Below, piece by piece: positions 1-10,744 of a DNA stretch of 64,000 bases. The notes under the pieces were generated by a model, which was not told the origin of the DNA, made no database searches, and saw only the letters and a list, made by a program, of their open reading frames with translations. Numbering within the stretch: the first letter of the stretch is position 1; each line of letters begins with the position of its first letter. Source of the stretch: an uncultured Acidobacteriaceae bacterium (GTDB lineage: Bacteria > Acidobacteriota > Terriglobia > Terriglobales > Acidobacteriaceae); the NCBI GenBank assembly GCA_963765825.1, contig CAVXXU010000001.1, positions 26,801-90,800 on the forward strand, written 5' to 3'. Made by a program: the position numbers and the translations under genes.

Positions 1-57
1 TGACTGCCTTGGTCGTCATGAGGGAAAAGTATACGGAAACGTATAAACTCAATCTCA

Positions 58-1641
58 ATGAATATAGTTAAAACACGCTTCACAGGGATTCTCCGGTTGC
101 TTTTGGCGGTTGGATTGGCTGCGGCCGCATGGACGCCGCTGGCCGCACGAGCACAAGACCCGCAGCCCGCGGAGAATCCTCCAGCCCACTCCGCTGAACC
201 TGCCCAGACTCGCACTTCGCCGGAAGAGCCCAAACCGATTCCACCCACGGCGCAGCCTAAGCAAGATCAGCCGCAGCAAGAGCCGCCCAAAGAAGAAGTC
301 AAAATCACGCCGCGTCAAGCCGAGGAACTGTTTCACTCGGTCGACGAAATTCTGGATTTCGACAGCAAGCAGACTGGCCTGCCCATCAAGAAACAAGTGA
401 AGCGCAAATTGACCAGCCGCGATGAGGTCGTCTCCTATCTCACTAAGCACGTGAATGACGAGGACACCAAGCGCCTGCGCCGCTCCGAACTGGTGCTGAA
501 AAAATTCGGCCTGCTGCCGCGTGATTTCAATCTCGAAACATTTCTGGTCGCCCTGCTGCGCGAGGAAGTTGCCGGCTACTACGATCCAAAAACCAAGACC
601 GTGAACCTGCTCGACTGGGTGCCCATCGAAGAGCAGGAACCGGTCATGGCGCATGAATTAACCCATGCCTTGCAGGATCAATCGGTCGGCCTGCAGAAAT
701 GGATGAAGAAAGGCGAAAAAGATCTCGGCGAAATCCGCAAAGATCCCACACCGACCGACATCGAGAACGACGAGATGGATAACGCCCGCGAAGCCATCCT
801 GGAAGGGCAGGCGCAGGCCATGATGTTTCAATATGCCATCGCCCCGACCGGCCACTCCATCGTTACTTCGCCCGCTCTGGTCGACGCTATGGAAGAGGAA
901 ACCCTCACCGGCACGCCAAGCACGAAGGTCTTCAACGACGCTCCCATTTTCCTGAAAGAATCGCTTACGTTTCCCTACAGCTACGGCATGGACTTCATCG
1001 TCAAGCTGATGCAGAAAGGCGGCAAGGAGAAAGCGTTTGCCGGGGTGCTGCGAAATCCTCCACACACCACGCGCCAGATCATGCAACCCGAAACTTATCT
1101 CGCGGACGAAAAAATCGAGCCCATGCGCGTGCCCGATTTCAAACACGATTTCAAGAATTACGAAAAGTTCGACATCGGCGCGATGGGAGAATTCGATGTC
1201 GCGGTGCTGATCGAGCAATACGCCGGAAAGCCGCTCTCCAAACGGCTCTATCCCGATTGGCGCGGCGGATATTACTATGCCGCAAAACCCAAGCCCGACG
1301 CCAAACCAGACTCAACTGCAACTGCGCCTCTCGCCCTGCTCTATGTTTCGCGCTGGTCGAGTGCCGACAAGGCCGCGGAGTTTGCGGAAATCTACGCGCA
1401 CTCGCTCAAGCAACGCTACAAAAAAGCGGATGAGATTGCGGATCCCGCTGCCGCCAATTCCGATACGCCGAGCGATTCCAAACCAGATCTTCTGCAAGGC
1501 CGCCATGCCTGGACCACCGAAGAAGGCGCGGTCATTATCGAAGAACGCGGCGACACAGTGTTAGTCAGCGAGAGTCTGGACGCGGCCACCACCGCGGCGT
1601 TGGAGAAGGAAGTCTTTGCGGCGTTACCAGCCCAGCAATAA
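58..1641 (+). CDS. secreted putative zinc metalloprotease (HExxH) with Pro/Gln-rich N-terminal linker
   Basis: 527-aa ORF. Signal-like N-terminus (LRLLLAVGLAAAAWTPLAARA). HExxH motif in VMAHELTHALQD. Family not recognised more precisely. Confidence 0.6.
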   Translation: MNIVKTRFTGILRLLLAVGLAAAAWTPLAARAQDPQPAENPPAHSAEPAQTRTSPEEPKPIPPTAQPKQDQPQQEPPKEEVKITPRQAEELFHSVDEILDFDSKQTGLPIKKQVKRKLTSRDEVVSYLTKHVNDEDTKRLRRSELVLKKFGLLPRDFNLETFLVALLREEVAGYYDPKTKTVNLLDWVPIEEQEPVMAHELTHALQDQSVGLQKWMKKGEKDLGEIRKDPTPTDIENDEMDNAREAILEGQAQAMMFQYAIAPTGHSIVTSPALVDAMEEETLTGTPSTKVFNDAPIFLKESLTFPYSYGMDFIVKLMQKGGKEKAFAGVLRNPPHTTRQIMQPETYLADEKIEPMRVPDFKHDFKNYEKFDIGAMGEFDVAVLIEQYAGKPLSKRLYPDWRGGYYYAAKPKPDAKPDSTATAPLALLYVSRWSSADKAAEFAEIYAHSLKQRYKKADEIADPAAANSDTPSDSKPDLLQGRHAWTTEEGAVIIEERGDTVLVSESLDAATTAALEKEVFAALPAQQ

Positions 1642-1647
1642 CCTTCG

Positions 1648-2888
1648 CTACTTCTTTTTCTTTTCTTTTTCGTCCGGCAGTTCACCCAAAAAATGCTGCA
1701 CCGTCGCCGCTATGTTGAATGGCTGCCCGCCGCGCTCGACGCGCAATCTCCGCTGCTGCCCCGGAGTTCCCCCAAGCATGTTCCACACCTGCCCCATCGT
1801 CGATCCTTGAACTGGAATGTCGTCAACCGCGACCAGATGATCGCCGGCCTGAACTCCATCTACCGACGGCTTACCTTCGAAATCCGCAACGCCGAGGATC
1901 GTGAATCGACCGTCGTCTTCCGGGCGCAGGATGAGCCCAATGACATCGAACTCGGGAAAATTAAACGTCCGTCCAAACTCGAAGTAGACCGTCGAATGCG
2001 CGTAGTCGAGCCCGACTCGATAGTTGAGCAAGGCATTCGACCCCAACAGTCCGGCAGTCGCAACGCCTGCGCGCTTCGCGAAGAACTCCATCCGATCCTT
2101 CGGAAAATCCACAACCACCTGGTTCGCCAAAAACAGCGGCCCGTACTGCATCCGGTCCACGCGCATCACTTTCCATTTCGTTTCGTCCTCTAGGTCCCAC
2201 ATGTTGGCGGATCCGACGGCCCCGGTCATGTGCGGCCAATTCGCATGCGCGGCGGCCAGTTTGTCGAACAAATCCTCCGAAAGAAAGCTGATACTGGAGC
2301 CTATGTCGAGCGCCAGATTGTATTTCTTGTTTTCAATCTGGCTCGGAACCTGGATCAATCCATTCTCGGCATTCACCTGCACCTTACTGCTAGGTCCCCG
2401 AAGCATAATCGTTCCCGGCGCGCCGATGGAGAATTTGCGTCCGGGAAAATCAATCAGCACGTCATAGTGCCGCAGGATGCTGGAGGGCAGGGTGATCTCC
2501 ACGTTCATACCCGGCGTCAGCACTGACGCAGCATTCACCGGCCTCAGCGGAATCTTCGCCTGCTTCACGCCCGAGAGCGGAACCGTCATCCCCCCGACTC
2601 TCATCTCTGGCGGCGGAGGCGCGGAGCATTCCTTGTCGTCGCAGGTCACCGCGAGTCCCAAAGCTGTTGCAAGTCGGCGCGACAAGTAGAGATCGGGATT
2701 ACCGTTATCCACCCACGCGCGAACGCGCTCTGTAGCTCCGCTCGGCAATGGGATTCGGCGTTGAGGACCACCCGATTGTGGTCGATCACCGCATTGACGG
2801 TGACCGATTTCGGCTCTGGCGGCGGCGCGGCTTTGTCCCGCGCAGAGCAAACCGACAACAGTACGCAGGCGGCGAAACAAAACTTCAT
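1648..2888 (-). CDS. bilobal retropepsin-like aspartyl-protease-fold protein with C-terminal PDZ domain; apparent 1-nt frameshift near 2750-2770
   Basis: Long ORF 1648..2982 carries two pseudo-halves (WVDNGNPDLYLS and LDIGSSISFLS) and a PDZ-like tail (DGVQAGDHLVAVDDIPV). The only signal peptide (MKFCFAACVLLSVCSA, ATG at 2888) lies in another frame (ORF 2646..2948). That frame reads KSVTVNAVIDHNRVVLNAE, then the sequence continues in the long frame as IPLPSGATERVRAW. Confidence 0.6.
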
Positions 2889-3034
2889 GTTCAAATTGTA
2901 GCGCCACTCGTCCTGGTGCCCACCCTCGCCGAATCGGTCTACGGTCACAGATCGCCTCGCTCACCGGGCTGCGATCCCCCAATTCTCATCCTGTATAATC
3001 ACGAGTTTGACTTACTACGCGTTTCGGAGGCGCA

Positions 3035-3898
3035 TTGGCACAGGCGGAAATCGGAATTATCGGCGGCAGCGGGCTCTACTCCATGCCCGGACTTACCAAG
3101 ATTAAGGAAATGCGCCTAAAAACCCCATTCGGCGCGCCTTCCGACGCCTACGTCTGCGGCACGCTGGAGAATCGTAAGGTCGCGTTTCTGGCGCGCCATG
3201 GGCGTGGCCATCGCATCCTGCCCACCGAATTGAATTTTCGCGCCAACATTCACGGCTTCAAACAACTTGGCGTCGACCGCATCGTTTCGATCTCGGCCGT
3301 CGGTTCGTTGAAGGAAGAGCATAAGCCGCTGGACTTCGTGATTCCCGATCAATTTTTCGATCGCACGCGCCATCGCGTGGATACTTTTTTCGGCGGCGGC
3401 GTGGTCGCGCACATCGCTTTCGCCGAACCAGTCTGCGGAGAACTCGCAGCAATAGTCGCCTCCGCGTGCAAGAAAGTCGGCGTCGTCGGCAAGCGCGGCG
3501 GAACTTATCTCTGCATGGAAGGCCCTCAGTTCTCCACGAAAGCAGAGTCGAATGTATATCGCAACTGGGGCATGGATGTCATCGGCATGACCAACCTGCA
3601 GGAAGCCAAGCTGGCGCGCGAGGCCGAGCTTTGTTATGTAACCGTCGCCATGGTGACCGACTACGATTGCTGGCATCCGCATCACGATTCGGTGACGGTC
3701 GATCAAATTGTCGCCGTGCTGGTCAAGAACGCGGAGAACGCAACGAAGGTGGTTCGCGAAACGATAGCGGCCATGCCGCGCGAGCGTTCGTGCAAGTGCG
3801 GCTCTGCGCTGGCCCACGCCATCCTGACCGATCGCAAGAAAATTCCCGCCGCTACCAAGAAAAAGTTGAAATTAATTCTGGGAAAGTATTTGACGTAG
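3035..3898 (+). CDS. mtnP: S-methyl-5'-thioadenosine phosphorylase
   Basis: 287 aa. N-terminus MAQAEIGIIGGSGLY and overall PNP/MTAP-type layout (TEYGAPS-like FGAPSDAY, MTNLQEAKLAREAE). Confidence 0.88.
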   Translation: MAQAEIGIIGGSGLYSMPGLTKIKEMRLKTPFGAPSDAYVCGTLENRKVAFLARHGRGHRILPTELNFRANIHGFKQLGVDRIVSISAVGSLKEEHKPLDFVIPDQFFDRTRHRVDTFFGGGVVAHIAFAEPVCGELAAIVASACKKVGVVGKRGGTYLCMEGPQFSTKAESNVYRNWGMDVIGMTNLQEAKLAREAELCYVTVAMVTDYDCWHPHHDSVTVDQIVAVLVKNAENATKVVRETIAAMPRERSCKCGSALAHAILTDRKKIPAATKKKLKLILGKYLT

Positions 3899-3959
3899 CG
3901 CATCACCGTCTGAAACAGTGCCCGATCAACTGGCCACGAATCAAGGAGCCAAATTCTGA

Positions 3960-4883
3960 ATGAGTATTCTCGTAGTCGGTTCAGTTGCGTTCGATGACGT
4001 CACCTCGCCTTCTGGCAGCGTGAAAAATATTCTCGGCGGCGCCGCGACTTATTTTTCCCTGGCGGCCAGTTATTTCACCAACGTACGAGTCGTCGCCGTT
4101 GTGGGCGAAGACTTTGGCCCCGAGCAGGAACAAGTGTTTCGCAGCCACGACATCGACATTCGCGGCCTGGAACGCGCGCCGGGCAAGACTTTCCGCTGGG
4201 GCGGCTCCTATACCGACAACCTTAACGAAGCTAAGACCGACTTTACCGATCTGAACGTCTTCGAAAAATTTCAGCCCCGCATTCCCCAGGAATACGAAGA
4301 CACCGATTTCCTTTTCCTCGCCAACATCCAGCCCACTCTGCAGGCCAACGTTCGCCGCAAGATGAACGGCGTCCGACTGACTGGCTGCGACACTATGAAT
4401 TACTGGATCAAGCGCGCGCCCCAGGAACTTCGTGAAACGTTGAAACTGGTAAATGTTTTGTTGATCAACGATACTGAGGCAAAGATGCTCGCCGGCGAGA
4501 CCAATCTGCCGCGCGCCGCCAACAAAGTTCTCGCCATGGGCCCGCAGGCCCTGGTCATCAAGCACGGCGAATACGGCGCGACCATTTTCTTCCGCGAAGG
4601 CGCTTTTGGCATCGGCCGCCATCCCTTCCGTGCCCCGGCGCTGCCCATCGAAGAAGTCAAAGATCCCACCGGCGCCGGCGATTCCTTTGCCGGCGGATTC
4701 ATGGGCTACTTGGCGGCGCAGGAGGAATTGACCCGCGAAGTATTGAAGCGCGCTTTGTTCTATGGCGGCGTCATGGGATCGTTTGCGGTCGAGCGCTTCG
4801 GCACCGAACGCCTGCAGTCCCTGACTCGCGAAGAAATCGACGCCCGCTTCCAGATCTTTCGCGAACTCACTCACCTGGAGTAG
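3960..4883 (+). CDS. PfkB-family carbohydrate/nucleoside kinase
   Basis: 307 aa. PfkB signature DPTGAGDSFAGGF near the C-terminus. Lies directly downstream of mtnP. Confidence 0.85.
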   Translation: MSILVVGSVAFDDVTSPSGSVKNILGGAATYFSLAASYFTNVRVVAVVGEDFGPEQEQVFRSHDIDIRGLERAPGKTFRWGGSYTDNLNEAKTDFTDLNVFEKFQPRIPQEYEDTDFLFLANIQPTLQANVRRKMNGVRLTGCDTMNYWIKRAPQELRETLKLVNVLLINDTEAKMLAGETNLPRAANKVLAMGPQALVIKHGEYGATIFFREGAFGIGRHPFRAPALPIEEVKDPTGAGDSFAGGFMGYLAAQEELTREVLKRALFYGGVMGSFAVERFGTERLQSLTREEIDARFQIFRELTHLE

Positions 4884-4925
4884 TCTGCCTCTGACCGCTC
4901 GATCGGCACTCGCACCGACAAAACT

Positions 4926-6617
4926 GTGCCCAGGAAATTAAAGAACGCACTTCCTAGTTCCCGCTCCAGTTCCCGCTGGGATTCTGAGATCAGCCTGCTG
5001 GCTTGGCTCGCGACCTGCGTTTCCGTTGTTTCATTTCTCTTTTATTTTCAGCGCGGCGACGTGCTCCTCTATGGCGACGCCGTCGCGCACATCAACATCG
5101 CGCGGCGCGTCTTCGATTCCAAAACTCCCGGGCTGCTGCAACTGGGTACCGTTTGGCTTCCTCTGCCGCACCTGCTCATGATTCCGTTCCTGCTCTCCAA
5201 CGAAATGTGGCGACGCGGCGTCGGCGGCTCCATCCCCTCCATGGCGGCTTACGTATTCAGCGTGGTTGGAATGTTTCGCCTGGTTCGAAGCGCGCTCTCT
5301 CGCGGCCTTGAACCGGATGCGACTGCACGCATCGCCGCATGGACGGCGGCGGTACTCTTCGCGGCCAACCCGAATCTGATTTACATGCAAACCACCGCCA
5401 TGGGCGAGACGCTCTATCTTGCGTTCTTTCTATGGACCGTCGTGTACTTCACCGACTTCCTGCGCGGAAACGCCAAGGCGCTCACAAAATGTGCGTTATG
5501 TCTTGCCGCCGCTTGCCTCACGCGCTACGACGGATGGTTCCTCGCCGCCGTGCTTACAGCCGTGGTCGTGCTCCTCAGCATGCGCTCTCGCAAGGTCGCA
5601 CAGGGCGTGAACGCGCTGCGGATTACGCAAGCCGCATTGGTGAAGTTCGTTCTAATCGCGGCAGCCGCGCCCCTGCTGTGGCTGGCCTACAACGGAATCG
5701 TCTATCGCAATCCACTCGAGTTCGCGAACGGCCCCTACTCGGCCAAGGCCATCGAGCGCCACAATCAGAGCGCCGGCAATGTTGGCCATCCCGGCACCGG
5801 CAATCCTCTGCTGGCCGGGATGTATTTTCTTAAATCGGCGGAAGACAATCTCGCAGACAATGTACCTCTGCAGCGGGCCTGGATCCTGGTCGCGGTTGCG
5901 GGCGTGCTCGCAGCCGCATTGATTCGCCATCCGGCAGCCGATGCGGCCATCTCATCTCCAGCGAGAGCCTGGCCCCTGCTTCTCTTGCTCGTCCCCGGAG
6001 TCTTCTACGCTCTCTCGGTCGCCTACGGCGGCGTTCCCATTTTCGTTCCGCAATGGTGGCCGTTCTCTTATTACAACGTGCGCTACGGATTGCAGTTGCT
6101 CCCCGCTTTTGCCGTAGCGCTGGCCGTCGTTGTCCATCTCGCAATGCGGTGCATCACCTGGAATCCCAAGCTGCGCGCGGCATGCGTGCTTGGCGTGTTC
6201 ACGTTAGCAATCGCGAGTTATGCCTCCATCGTGCGAGCCGCACCGGTTTCCCTGAAAGAAGCTCAAGTCAACATGCGCACCCGCATTCAACTCGAAACCC
6301 GGCTCGCCATCTGGCTGCGCGATCTGCCTTCCGACTCCACTCTGCTTATGTACGTCGGAGACCACGTCGGCGCACTCCAACGGGCAGGCATTCCTCTCAA
6401 GCGCGTCATCAATGAAGGCAATCATCGGGTTTGGAAGCAGACCGATCCCGACGGCTTGTGGGAACACGCGCTGGCCGATCCCGCCCACTATGCCGATTAT
6501 GTAGTCGCCTTCCAGGGAGACCCCGTATGGCAGGCGATGCAGGCGCGGCATTTGGCGGCACTGGTTGAAATCCACGCTTCCGGGCAGGCGCCCGCCATTC
6601 TCTACCGGGCCCGGTAA
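4926..6617 (+). CDS. polytopic membrane protein, ArnT/PMT-like (GT-C fold) glycosyltransferase candidate
   Basis: 563 aa, GTG start, more than 10 hydrophobic segments. First loop LLYGDAVAHINIARRV resembles PMT_2/ArnT-type first-loop acidic motifs. Assignment is by eye only. Confidence 0.5.
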   Translation: MPRKLKNALPSSRSSSRWDSEISLLAWLATCVSVVSFLFYFQRGDVLLYGDAVAHINIARRVFDSKTPGLLQLGTVWLPLPHLLMIPFLLSNEMWRRGVGGSIPSMAAYVFSVVGMFRLVRSALSRGLEPDATARIAAWTAAVLFAANPNLIYMQTTAMGETLYLAFFLWTVVYFTDFLRGNAKALTKCALCLAAACLTRYDGWFLAAVLTAVVVLLSMRSRKVAQGVNALRITQAALVKFVLIAAAAPLLWLAYNGIVYRNPLEFANGPYSAKAIERHNQSAGNVGHPGTGNPLLAGMYFLKSAEDNLADNVPLQRAWILVAVAGVLAAALIRHPAADAAISSPARAWPLLLLLVPGVFYALSVAYGGVPIFVPQWWPFSYYNVRYGLQLLPAFAVALAVVVHLAMRCITWNPKLRAACVLGVFTLAIASYASIVRAAPVSLKEAQVNMRTRIQLETRLAIWLRDLPSDSTLLMYVGDHVGALQRAGIPLKRVINEGNHRVWKQTDPDGLWEHALADPAHYADYVVAFQGDPVWQAMQARHLAALVEIHASGQAPAILYRAR

Positions 6618-6698
6618 TCACGCAGGTAACGCGAAGGCCGCCGCATCCGATGGTAAAATCCGGCCACGGAAGCTTGCGTCCGGCAAGCGTGCGACTCA

Positions 6699-7403
6699 AT
6701 GACCTGGCAACATTTCATCAATTTGGTGCGCGGAGAAGTGGCGAGCGGAATCGTCGGCAGTTCGCTCACTCGCATAGCGTTGGCGGCCATTCTCGGCGGA
6801 ATCATTGGGCTCGAGCGCGAATTTAAACACCGCGCCGCCGGTCTCCGCACCAACATGTTTATTTGTTTCGGCGCAGCTTTGTTCACACTCCTGTCCCAGC
6901 AACTCGCTGGCGTTCCCTCTGATGCGGCCAGAATCGCCGCTCAAATCATTCCCGGCATTGGCTTCATTGGCGCCGGTTCTATTCTTCACACTCGCGGCTT
7001 GACCACCGGCTTGACCACCGCATCTACGCTCTTCGTTGTCGCCTCGGTTGGAATGGCCGCTGGTGGCGGTCTCTACGTCACCGCGATTTTCGCCACCGGC
7101 TTCGTTCTCCTCGCGCTTTTTCTTCTCGGCCACATGGAAGAAACTTTCAATATCAAATTGCTGTTGAACAGCTACGAGGTGACCGGCCCCAGCGTGGAAC
7201 AAATCAGCATCGAGGTCAACCGCATTCTCGAGCCTCATCACCGCTTCATGAAAAATATGTGCAGTGCTAACACCGACCGGCACGTCCGCTTGCAATTTGA
7301 TGTCGACGGCTGTAACAGCGAGCAGAAGCAACTCCTGCAGCAATTGCAAGGTTCGAAAATTCTGCTAAGCGCGATCTGCCTCGGCCGGGTGGACCCCGAG
7401 TGA
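6699..7403 (+). CDS. MgtC/SapB family membrane protein
   Basis: 234 aa. Motif LAAILGGIIGLEREFKHRAAGLRTNMFICFGAALF is typical of the MgtC family. Confidence 0.85.
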   Translation: MTWQHFINLVRGEVASGIVGSSLTRIALAAILGGIIGLEREFKHRAAGLRTNMFICFGAALFTLLSQQLAGVPSDAARIAAQIIPGIGFIGAGSILHTRGLTTGLTTASTLFVVASVGMAAGGGLYVTAIFATGFVLLALFLLGHMEETFNIKLLLNSYEVTGPSVEQISIEVNRILEPHHRFMKNMCSANTDRHVRLQFDVDGCNSEQKQLLQQLQGSKILLSAICLGRVDPE

Positions 7404-8206
7404 ATTCGGGCGTATCCACTATCGCGTTCGTCAAGGCCAGCGCCTGCGGCAATGATTTCTTGTTGATCGAGTTCTCTCTGGCTCCGCGCGACACCAACAT
7501 TCACAGGTTCACACAACGCATTTGCGACCGCCACGACGGCGTGGGCGCCGACGGCGTGGAGTGGATGTTGCCGCATCCCTCGGCCGACGCCGAAATCCGC
7601 CTGATCAATGCAGACGGTTCCGACGCCGAAATTTCCGGCAACGGCACCCGCTGCGTCGCCGCATACTTGTGCTCCGAGCAGGGTAAAGAAAAGGTTACGA
7701 TTCAAACCGGCGCCGGTCTGAAAACTTGCATTCTCGCTTCCCGCAGCGACTGGGACTACGAGTTTGAAATCGGAATGGGAGAGCCGGTGGTCGACCGCGA
7801 ACTTGACCTGAGAACTACCAACGGAGAAGCGCGCGGTGTCCCCGTGTCGATGGGGAATCCCCACTTTGTCGTCTTCGTCCCTGAGTTCGCTGCAGATTGG
7901 CAGGAGCATGCCGCCGAAATCCAGCGCAATCCACACTTCAAACAAGGTGTGAACGTCGAGTTCGCAGTGGTCGACAGCAGGCACGATGTGCGCGCGCGCT
8001 TCTTCGAGCGTGGAGTGGGGGAAACACAATCTTCCGGCACAGGCTCGTGCGCGGTCGCGGCCGCGGCCATGGCGACCGGCCGTGCCGACTCGCCTGTGAA
8101 GGTTCACGCTCCCGGTGGCGCGCAAAGCGTCCGCAGCGACGGCCATGACATTTTTCTGTGCGGCCCGGCGTGCCTGGTATGCCGCGGAGAATTCTTACTG
8201 AGTTAG
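7400..8206 (+). CDS. dapF: diaminopimelate epimerase
   Basis: 268 aa. ASACGNDFLLIE (first catalytic Cys), GNPHFVVFV, SSGTGSCAVA (second catalytic Cys). 4-nt overlap with the preceding gene. Confidence 0.9.
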   Translation: MNSGVSTIAFVKASACGNDFLLIEFSLAPRDTNIHRFTQRICDRHDGVGADGVEWMLPHPSADAEIRLINADGSDAEISGNGTRCVAAYLCSEQGKEKVTIQTGAGLKTCILASRSDWDYEFEIGMGEPVVDRELDLRTTNGEARGVPVSMGNPHFVVFVPEFAADWQEHAAEIQRNPHFKQGVNVEFAVVDSRHDVRARFFERGVGETQSSGTGSCAVAAAAMATGRADSPVKVHAPGGAQSVRSDGHDIFLCGPACLVCRGEFLLS

Positions 8207-8331
8207 ATTTACGTAAAAGTGTAAAGCGCGGTAGAAAAAAAAGGCCGTCCAGGATGACCAGAGGAATTTTGGCGGTGATGTTTTCGCTGAAAGCTGACGG
8301 CTGAGAGCTGACAGCTAGTGTCTTGCGCAAC

Positions 8332-9279
8332 ATGTCTTCGTTCAGTCCTCAACTCGTGAAACCGCCCGCCCTGCGCCCCGGCGATACCGTCGGCATCGTC
8401 GCGCCCGCCAGCAATCTTAAGCGCGCAGATTTAGACGCCGGGTGCAACGCCTTGCGCAGCGCGGGATATCGTCCGCTCTACCTGGACTCCATTCTTGAGC
8501 AGGACCTTTACTTTGCGGGATCGGCCGACCGAAGGGCGCGCGAACTGGAGGAAATGTTCCTCCGCGACGATGTACGCGCCATCGTGTGCGCTCGCGGCGG
8601 CTATGGCGCAAACTATCTGCTGAGTAAACTTGACCTGAACATCGTAAAAGCGCATCCCAAGATTTTCGTCGGATACAGCGACATCGCCACCCTGCTCACC
8701 TGGTTTCACGACGCCGCTGGCCTCGTCACTTTCCACGGACCAATGGCGACAAAGGACTGGGCGCACGCCGACGGCGTCGACCTCGCGTCGTGGCAGGCGG
8801 CCGTCTCCGGAACTACGCCTTGGGATGTGGCTCTGGGCGCGGAAGTCAGCGCCTTGGTCGACGGTGACGCCGAAGGCGTTTTATACGGCGGTTGCCTCTC
8901 GATCCTGGTCGCGTCGCTGGGCACGCCCTGGGAAATCAAAACTGCCGGTACCATTCTCTTCCTCGAAGATCTCGCCACCAAGCCCTATCAGATCGATCGC
9001 ATGCTGATGCAACTGAAACTCGCGGGACATTTCAACGGCGTGCGCGGCATCGTATTCGGAGATATGCTCGACTGCGTGCAGACTGCAAATCAGAATTACA
9101 CTCTTCAGGAAGTGATCACTCGAATTGTCGGAGACCTTGGCGTGCCCGTCGCCTTCGGCGTTCGCTCGGGGCACGTGACCTCAGGCAACATCACGCTGCC
9201 GTTCGGAGTGCAAGCGAAACTGACAGTGTGCGCCGGAAAAGTCGCTCTGAAAATATTAGAATCCGCAGTCACGCCCTAG
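8332..9279 (+). CDS. ldcA: LD-carboxypeptidase (muramoyltetrapeptide carboxypeptidase, peptidase S66)
   Basis: S66 nucleophile motif VGYSDIATLL and GHVTSGNITLP near the C-terminus. Start is either ATG 8332 or TTG 8323. Confidence 0.85.
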   Translation: MSSFSPQLVKPPALRPGDTVGIVAPASNLKRADLDAGCNALRSAGYRPLYLDSILEQDLYFAGSADRRARELEEMFLRDDVRAIVCARGGYGANYLLSKLDLNIVKAHPKIFVGYSDIATLLTWFHDAAGLVTFHGPMATKDWAHADGVDLASWQAAVSGTTPWDVALGAEVSALVDGDAEGVLYGGCLSILVASLGTPWEIKTAGTILFLEDLATKPYQIDRMLMQLKLAGHFNGVRGIVFGDMLDCVQTANQNYTLQEVITRIVGDLGVPVAFGVRSGHVTSGNITLPFGVQAKLTVCAGKVALKILESAVTP

Positions 9280-9304
9280 CGGCTGCAAAAACAATTAAAA
9301 CGAG

Positions 9305-10744
9305 ATGAACCAGAAAAAACACATTCACCTCATTGGCATCTGCGGCACGGCGATGGCCTCTCTCGCCGGAATGCTGAAGCAGCGCGGGTTTCACGTCACC
9401 GGATCCGACGCCGCAGCTTATCCGCCCATGTCAGATTTTCTGCGCGAATTAAACATCCCCGTAGCGCAGCCATTCGACGCGAAAAACCTTGACCCTGCGC
9501 CCGATCTGGTGGTCGTCGGCAATGCCATGTCGCGCGGCAATGTTGAACTGGAGCACGTCCTCGACCAGCGCATCCCCTTTTGTTCTCTGCCGCAGTTGCT
9601 ACACGACGAATTTCTTCGCGGCAAAGAGGTTCTGGTCGTCGCCGGAACTCACGGCAAGACCACGACCACGTCCATGCTGGCGTGGATATTCCATTCCGCC
9701 GGACTGCACCCCTCGTTCCTGATCGGCGGCATCGCCGAAAATTTCGGTTCAAGTTTTCATCTCGACTCCGGCCGGCATTTCATTCTTGAAGGCGACGAGT
9801 ACGACACCGCTTTCTTCGACAAGGGCCCAAAATTTCTGCACTACTTTCCTGACTCGGTGATTCTGACCTCGGTGGAGTTTGATCACGCCGACATTTACGA
9901 AGATCTCGACGCCGTCGAGACTGCATTCAAGCGCCTGGTGAATCTCATTCCGCGCCGCGGACGAATCGTCGCCTTTGACGGCTTTACCGGAGACGCCTCA
10001 GAAAGCCCCAGCCTGGAGCGCTGTTTGGCTAAGGCGTTTTGCCCGGTCGAACGCTACGGCGCTGGCCCGCGCGCGAACTGGAAAGTCACGAACCTGCGTC
10101 TCGACCCCTCGCGCACTGCCTGGACCGTGCTTCACAATGACAAGCCGTGGGCCGATCTCGAGTTCGCGCTCGCCGGCGAATACAACGTCTGGAACGCGAC
10201 CGCCGCCGCGGCTCTTGCAGCCTCATGCGGCGTTCCAAAAGATGCGATCGCCGCCGCGCTGAAAACTTTCAAAAGCGTGAAGCGCCGTCTCGAGGTGAAG
10301 GCTCAGGTGGACGGCATTACGATCATCGACGACTTCGCGCATCATCCCACCGCGATTGCGGGCACGCTGAAAGCGCTGCGGGCGCGCTATCCCAGGGCGC
10401 GCCTATGGGCGATTCTTGAGCCGCGCTCCAACACTCTCCGTCGCCGCATTCTGCAAAGCGACTTAGCTCGCAGCCTGGCGCAGGCCGACCAGGTCATCGT
10501 CGCGGGCGTTTTCCGCTCCGAAGCAGTTCCAGAAAACGAGCGCCTGGAGTTACCAGCGCTCGCCGCGGAGATCGAGCGCAATGGCCGTCCCGCGCGCCTT
10601 CTCAACGACGCCGACGCCATCGTGCAAACCGTCGCTCCTGAGATGCGCAGCGGCGATGTCGTTGCCATTCTCTCCAACGGCGGGTTTGGAGGAATTTATG
10701 AGAAGCTGCCCGCACGCCTGCGCGAACTGGCAGGGAAGCGATGA
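9305..10744 (+). CDS. mpl: UDP-N-acetylmuramate:L-alanyl-gamma-D-glutamyl-meso-diaminopimelate ligase
   Basis: 479 aa. IHLIGICGTAMASLAGMLKQRGFHVTGSD and Mur-ligase P-loop AGTHGKTTTTSML. Confidence 0.9.
   Translation: MNQKKHIHLIGICGTAMASLAGMLKQRGFHVTGSDAAAYPPMSDFLRELNIPVAQPFDAKNLDPAPDLVVVGNAMSRGNVELEHVLDQRIPFCSLPQLLHDEFLRGKEVLVVAGTHGKTTTTSMLAWIFHSAGLHPSFLIGGIAENFGSSFHLDSGRHFILEGDEYDTAFFDKGPKFLHYFPDSVILTSVEFDHADIYEDLDAVETAFKRLVNLIPRRGRIVAFDGFTGDASESPSLERCLAKAFCPVERYGAGPRANWKVTNLRLDPSRTAWTVLHNDKPWADLEFALAGEYNVWNATAAAALAASCGVPKDAIAAALKTFKSVKRRLEVKAQVDGITIIDDFAHHPTAIAGTLKALRARYPRARLWAILEPRSNTLRRRILQSDLARSLAQADQVIVAGVFRSEAVPENERLELPALAAEIERNGRPARLLNDADAIVQTVAPEMRSGDVVAILSNGGFGGIYEKLPARLRELAGKR

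Noticed and set aside
1-57. Possible minus-strand gene start (CAT at 17-19, reading MTTKAV... leftwards) at the window edge.
   Set aside because: Only six codons are visible and there is no clear ribosome-binding site, so it cannot be supported from this window.
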